64,000 nt of DNA from contig OX597833.1 of the NCBI GenBank assembly GCA_951406725.2, positions 53,134,001 to 53,198,000 on the forward strand, read 5' to 3'. Position numbers and translations under genes: made by a program. Positions within the stretch are counted from its first letter, which is position 1, and the number at the start of each line of letters is the position of its first letter. Positions 54,488 through 64,000 of this stretch are shown one piece after another. Under the pieces are notes generated by a model that was not told where the DNA came from, ran no database searches, and was given only the letters and a program-made list of their open reading frames with translations. This stretch comes from Octopus vulgaris. Taxonomy: Eukaryota.

Positions 54488-55099
54488 TACTCACTTATAT
54501 ATACATACTGTTAGAGTTGTGTGTATGTGGTAACAGTATTGTTGTTGTTGTTGTTGTTACAAAGGGTTTGATTTGACAGAATCGGATTAGCACACGGATG
54601 GAATGCGGATCTTTAAAAAATTCTTCCAATAACTTTTGTAAATTCTTCCTACCATTTGTCAATTTTTTTTTTTTTTTTTGCAAATTTTCTAACCTAATGT
54701 TCTTTTGCATCTTGATGATGAAAACCAGTGTGGTTTTTGTTTTGCTTTTCGCTTTTTTTTTCTAAGAATTAATACCAAAGAAATTACAAACATTTAAAAT
54801 TATGCAACTTTAGCCAATTGAAAAGCTCTGTTGCTGACATATCGGAAGTCGTGACTGGTCTGCTGAATCAGTCTGTTATTTTTTTTTTTTATAAAATAGC
54901 AAACATTCAAACCTTATTAATCATTTTACAGTCAGTTTTTTTTTAAACTACATTTAAACGTGAAATAATGGAAGAAAAAATGTTATTTTCTGTTCTCCAT
55001 TGTATTTGAAACCGTGTGCCAGCTTTTCAGAGATACGACTTTTAATTGCGTGATTTTCATAACGACATTATTCCAAATACGACATTATTCCAGTAGAGA

Positions 55100-57200
<2,101 letters not shown>

Positions 57201-57589
57201 TATGGAAATTATGTATATGTGAATGTATGTGTGAATGTATTACGACAGATAGTATCCTCCATGATGTCGATAGTGTCGGGGAAAACGTAAAGGCGGAAGG
57301 AAGTGTAGGAGGCGATTGAGAAAAAGAAAAGGGAAGAGGTGAGCAGAAGGGGAGGGAGGGAGGGGACGAGGAAGAGGAAGAGGAGTTGTGCAAAGAAGGA
57401 AGAGGAGGAGAACGTGTTGATTATTCCGGAATGTGTAGATTAGTACGGAAGAGAAGTGACATAGGAGTAAGAAATAGCGAGATAACTACAATGATTTCGT
57501 ATCAATGACGGCGGGTGGTTTAGTCGGGTATTGTAAGACAGAATGGACGACTTTTTGACATGCCAAATGCTGTTTGTTTTGGGGGGAGA

Positions 57590-58298
57590 TGATGAGGTGG
57601 TGGAGCTGGTGGTAGCGGTGGTGGTGGTGGCGGTGGTAGTGGCGGTGCTGGTGGTGGTGGAGCAGAAGGAAGGCGGTGAAGTTAAGTAAGGGTGGAGGTG
57701 TAGTGTTTAAAAAAGATAAATTACGTGACAACATCATTATTGGTGGAGGTGGAGGTGGTGGTGGTGGTCGTCGTCGTCGTCGTCGTCGTGGTGCTGGTGG
57801 TCGTGGTGGTGGTGGTGGTAGTGGTGGTGGTCGTGGTGGTCGTGGTCGTGGTCGTGTTGGTGGTTGTGGTGGTGGTGGTGACGGTGGTGGTGGTGGTAGT
57901 GGTGGTGGTCGTGGTGGTGGTCGTGGTGGTGGTCGTGGTGGTGGTCGTGGTGGTGGTCGTGGTGGTGGAGGTGGTGGTCGTGATCGAGGTGGTGGTCGTG
58001 GTGGCGGTCGTGGTGGTGGTGGTGGTGGTGACGGTGGTGGTGGTGGTCGTGGTGGTGGTCGTGATGGTGGTCGTGGTGGGTGGTGGTGGTGGTGGTGGTG
58101 GTGGTGGTGGTGGTGGTGGTCGTGGTGGTCGTGGTGGTCGTGGTGGTGGTGGTGGTGGTGGTGGTGGTGATGGTCGTGGTGGAGAGCCTTTGTGCTGTTG
58201 TTGCTCTTTTATCTTTATTGTTGTTGAAGATGATGATCTTATATATATATATAGAGAGAGAGAGAGAATGAGAGAGAGAGAGAATGAAAGAGAGAGAG

Positions 58299-58338
<40 letters not shown>
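57590..58338. repeat. (GGT/GTC)n and (GA)n tracts
   Basis: Directly visible. Confidence 0.95.
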
Positions 58339-58341
<3 letters not shown>

Positions 58342-58690
58342 CCCAACCACATTGTTCTGGGTTCAGTCCCACTACGTGACACCTTGGCCAAGTGTCTTCT
58401 TCTATAGCCTCGGCCAGACCAAAGCCTTGTGAGAGGATTTGGTAGACGGAAACTGAAAGAAGCCTGTCGTATATATGTGTGTGTGTATTTGTGGGTTTGT
58501 GTTTCTTCCCCACTACCACCATGACAACCGATGTTGGTGTGTTTACGTCTCCGTAGTATAGCGGTTCGGCAAAAGAGAGCGATAGAATAAGTACTAGGCC
58601 TACAGAGAATAAGTCCTGGTGTCGATTTGTTTGACTAAATGTGTTGCTCCAGCATGGCCACAGTGAAAATGACTGAAACAAGTAAAAGAA
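58338..58690 (+). mobile_element. SINE family A, 5'-clipped
   Basis: gggttcagtcccactacgtgacaccttgg ... aaatgactgaaacaagtaaaaga. Confidence 0.85.
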
Positions 58691-58744
58691 AAAACGGTGA
58701 TTGTAAAAGTGATCATGAGTAAATAACATTCTTTAATCGTAGCA

Positions 58745-58833
58745 CACACACATACATACATTTACGTATACACATACATACATACAAGCATACATACACA
58801 CATACACACGTATATACATACATAGACACGCAC

Positions 58834-58866
<33 letters not shown>

Positions 58867-59390
58867 CATACATACATGCATACATACACACGTATATACA
58901 TACATACACACATATACATACACACGCACGCATACATGCATACATACATACATACATACATACATACATACATACATACATACATACATACATACATGCA
59001 TGCATCCACATGTATAAAAATGCATACATACATACATACATACATACACACATACTTACATGCATACATACACACGTATATACATACATACACACATATA
59101 TACATACACACGCACGCATACATGCATACATACATACATACATACATACATACATGCATGCATCCACATGCATAAAAATGCATACATACATACATACATA
59201 CTTACACACATACTTACATACATACATACATACATACATACACACATATATACATACACACGCACGCATACATGCATACATACATACATACATACATACA
59301 TGCATGCATCCACATGCATAAAAATGCATACATACATACTTATATACGTACATACATACATATACATGTACACAAACACACACATGTATA
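58745..59390. repeat. (TACA)n-derived tract with higher-order repeats
   Basis: catgcatgcatccacatg.ataaaaatgcatac recurs three times. Confidence 0.9.
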
Positions 59391-59489
59391 AAATCCGTTC
59401 TGTCTATCTGTCTGTTTGTGCGCTTATAAATCGAGTATTGTTCATCCGATCGCGCTGAAATTTTAAACATGGATACATGATAAATATGT

Positions 59490-59640
59490 GTCTGTGTGGT
59501 AGGAAACTTGCTTCCTAACTGCATGGTTCCGGGTTCAGTCCCACTGCGTGGTTTGCCTTGGGCAGGCGTCTTCTTCTAAAGCCTCGGACAGACCAAAGCC
59601 CCGTGAGTGGATTTGGCAGACGGAAATTGAAAGAAGCTCA
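59490..59640 (+). mobile_element. SINE family A, 5' half
   Basis: catggttccgggttcagtcccactgcgtgg..gtgagtggatttggcagacggaa. Confidence 0.8.
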
Positions 59641-59866
59641 ATCAAGAAAGAAAAAATATCAAAATAGTTAGTTTCAAGGTGAGAATATATATATACGCAT
59701 CTGTGTGTGTGCAAGTAAATATATATGTGTGTATATATATATAATCAGCCGAAATTGCTAGGATGATCCGGTTCTTGACTGAAGATTGAAGGCTTCGAAT
59801 GTCCCATCCGTGTTTTTTGTATCGTCTTCTAAATGTTTTACGTTCTTGTCCCAGTTTGTATTTTTC

Positions 59867-59938
<72 letters not shown>

Positions 59939-59947
59939 ATATGCATG

Positions 59948-59984
<37 letters not shown>

Positions 59985-60819
59985 CTATCTGTATGTATGT
60001 ATGTGTGGGAAATATTACGTAATGGTGTAGAATAGAAGTAGAGAGAGAGTCTGAAAGTTTATTTTGTTCCTTTTCTTCGATGTAGGTGGGCAATGATGGC
60101 ATCTCCGGCTCTGGATAAATATACAAGGCTGGCTTTATCTGGTACATTTTTTTGACAAGGATTTTGTTTATGCAAAGTTAATTTGGCAACCCAGCAACGG
60201 ACTCCTCTCCTCTCTAATCTCAGAGTTAAAATTGAATTTTTGACGAAAGGAACTACCTTGGCTTGAACCATACTGGTAACGATATAAATACATTTACTGT
60301 ATGTCAGTTGATCGTTTTCTAATTATCATGTGAGTGAATTCTGGTAGTTGAAAACCGTGTGAAAGCCCGTCGTATGTCTTGCCGTAAGGCCGTACTCATT
60401 CATTTATTCATTTCAGTTTGTTGCATGTTCACATTTTGTCTTTTTTGTTTCCGTCTTTATCCCTCGTCCATCCACTAATGCTCTCGTCTTGAATCACATT
60501 TATTTCACATCTCTATGTTCCATTTCTGTATTGCATATCTGTGTATTTCGTGTTTGTTTGTTTGTTTGTTTATTTTCTGTTATGTTTGCACCCGTTGTTC
60601 GTTCTCTCGCCATTTCCCGGCGGGTTCTTGCTGTCGACACCACCAGATGGGATTATTATTATCGTTGAAGGCGCGAAATTGCGTTTGACTCCGCTGGCCG
60701 ATGGCTGACGAGGATTTTGCGACCTTCTGTGTTCGTTTTCTATTTGTTTGTGCATTTATTATATGTTTTTAACTTTTGTGTGTCTGTGTATGTGTGTGTG
60801 CCTACGTGTTTGTGTGTAT

Positions 60820-60925
<106 letters not shown>

Positions 60926-61532
60926 GCGCGCGCTTGTATTCGCGCGTCCTTATGTCTGTGTTGCTTAGTACCGATATTAAAGGTTTGCAAGGGGATTTTG
61001 TCGATTTTAAATATATTTCGAAAATACTTCATTGAAATTCAAAAAAAAATTAAATCTATCAGTGCGTTGTTATGATGAATGTTACGAAAGGGGAAAATAG
61101 ACTCGCTGGAAATGAGGCAATATTTATCCCCCACTTAAACGTGGGTGTTCTGTTAGACTTATCCATACTGCGATAGATATCACGAGCAGAACTCTGATAT
61201 TAACTTTTGGTGTAAAATACACTTGTTTATATCACGAACGGGGAGATAAACCCCACCACATCCGGTGCTGAGACCACCAGATCATGTGATTTCGACCTTG
61301 TTTGCTCTTTTCAATGATGGACACTCGAGCGCCAGAGACAGCAGCGTTTCACCTCCCAGCCAATGATATTGAGACTTACAGTGCCAGAATAGGTGCTGGT
61401 GTCACGATTAGCCCGTTAGCTTGTTAAATATATATATATTAGTGACAGAGGTAGTATTATTACCGAAAAGTAATATTTATCACCACTTAAACGTGGATTT
61501 TCTCTTGGAAAAGGTGTGTTTGCTCTTTACTA

Positions 61533-62099
61533 TTGGGTTGTCTGGTAAGTTCGTGCCGAATTTTAAAGGAAAGAAAAAGGTCAATAAATACTTGCCATTA
61601 CATTTTTAATCAACCAATTATGAACCATTTCATTGCACAATGCGTCTCCATCTTTCCTTTAACTTGAAAATACCCTCTTCCCAGAACTGAGCTGGTTTCA
61701 TGGCAAAGAATTCATAAAGTTATCTTTTTTACGTCATCCAAGGAATTGAAATTTTTACCATTAAGACTATTCTGCAGAGACCTGAAAAAGTGGAAATCCG
61801 AAGGAGCAATATCTGGTGAATATGGAGGGTGGGGTAACACATCCCAGCCGAGATGCAGCAATTTTTGTCTGGTTCCCAAAGCATCAGGTGCTGAAAATGA
61901 ACTTTCTTATCTTCCATTTTAAAGGGTTACAGAATTAACACAGGTTATAGGAACATAAACCTTCTTCCACGAAAAGATAGCTTAAACTGTGCTCTAAATG
62001 GAGGTGTAATCAAATCCTATTTTATGGACTCAACCATGTTCTAAAATAAGTGGAAAAGTAAGCTACTATAAATCGGCACGAACTTTCCGGACAACCCAG
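61533..62099 (-). mobile_element. Internally deleted mariner element (sister of 21812-22592)
   Basis: TIRs ta|ttgggttgtctggtaagttcgtgccga ... tcggcacgaactttccggacaacccag|ta, with the same deletion junction. Confidence 0.92.
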
Positions 62100-62279
62100 T
62101 ACAACATATTTGTATGAATCGAGGTTTTCAACTATAACGAATTCAGAAAGCTAAGCTAAGAAACTGATTGTTGTTGGTATATGATTGAAAATGCGGCATG
62201 GAAGATGAAGCTGGTTGGTTGGACTTCCTAAATCCGCGCCCAAAGTCGAATTTATTAAATTGAGTAAATGTCTATATAG

Positions 62280-63405
<1,126 letters not shown>

Positions 63406-64000
63406 ACACATGAGAAGATAGCTTCCCGTAAGGTAAGTGGAGAGTTTCTGGAAAGTAGCCGAAAACGGAAAGAAAGTCGGAAGTGTACTAACAGCAATGC
63501 CAACCCCACGTCGCCACCATCAGAGAGAAACCACATTTCTACCATCGTCAACAAACACATCTCCATTATCGCCTCTAATACTTTCAACAATTGCCAACGC
63601 CACCATGCCACAACACTAGAAGAATCAGCCATTAGACAATCATACCGCCATCGCTACAACCACACATCGTCTTCTGTTTCTTTCTTTTTTTCTCTGTCTC
63701 TCTCACTCTCTCTCTTTCTTTTTGTATGAATCAGCCACCATTACTAACCGCCACACTACTACCACTAATCACCCAGTCAGAGATGCCATTACCTGCCACG
63801 GAGTGTCTGCAACAAAGTACGTCAAACATGAGGAATAACTTGTAGAGCCAGCTGTTAGCCAAGTGGCAGACGACACGTTTGACGGGCGCGGGAAAAAAAA
63901 GAAATACAAAAAAAACAAATGAACGCGTTGTGTATATGTATGCTTTGCGACATAGGCGTAAGTGTGTGTATGTTTATGTGTGTGTGTATATTCTTGCGTG

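Noticed and set aside
57676-58729. Gly/Arg-rich and His/Thr-rich ORFs
   Set aside because: They are (GGT)n repeat plus SINE A sequence read through by chance.
59745-59870. Possible further pLTR-like fragment with CUGAAGA..GAAU.GUC
   Set aside because: The GAAA box and stems are incomplete, and there is no second copy to confirm it.
61278-61318. Possible U3-A8 hammerhead variant on the minus strand (AUCA UUGAAAA GAGC..GGUC GAAAUCACA UGAU)
   Set aside because: Stem II has a mismatch, there is no UH cleavage site, and it is single-copy here; too degenerate to call.

Overview
Repeat-dominated, AT-rich eukaryotic DNA with no protein-coding host gene that I can support. The microsatellite density and SINE sequences suggest an octopus or other coleoid cephalopod genome; this is inference from recall, not a database result. 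Nearly all ORFs in the track are translated microsatellites. Recognisable content: about 30 copies or fragments of at least five tRNA-derived SINE families, four non-autonomous Helitrons (one tandem dimer, one nested chimera), mariner/Tc1 relics, hAT and foldback MITEs, a FLYWCH-MULE relic, 3' ends of RTE and R4/Dong-like LINEs, and one intact tRNA-Gly(CCC). The strongest leads are three. First, a head-to-head pair of minimal hammerhead-ribozyme folds with the C3-G8 core pair swapped to G3-C8 (27129-27342). Second, a ~200 bp Penelope-pLTR-like family carrying minimal hammerheads and sitting in microsatellites. Third, a SINE forming 184-bp concatemers with a fixed junction. SINE family labels A-E are mine, and SINE boundaries are approximate.
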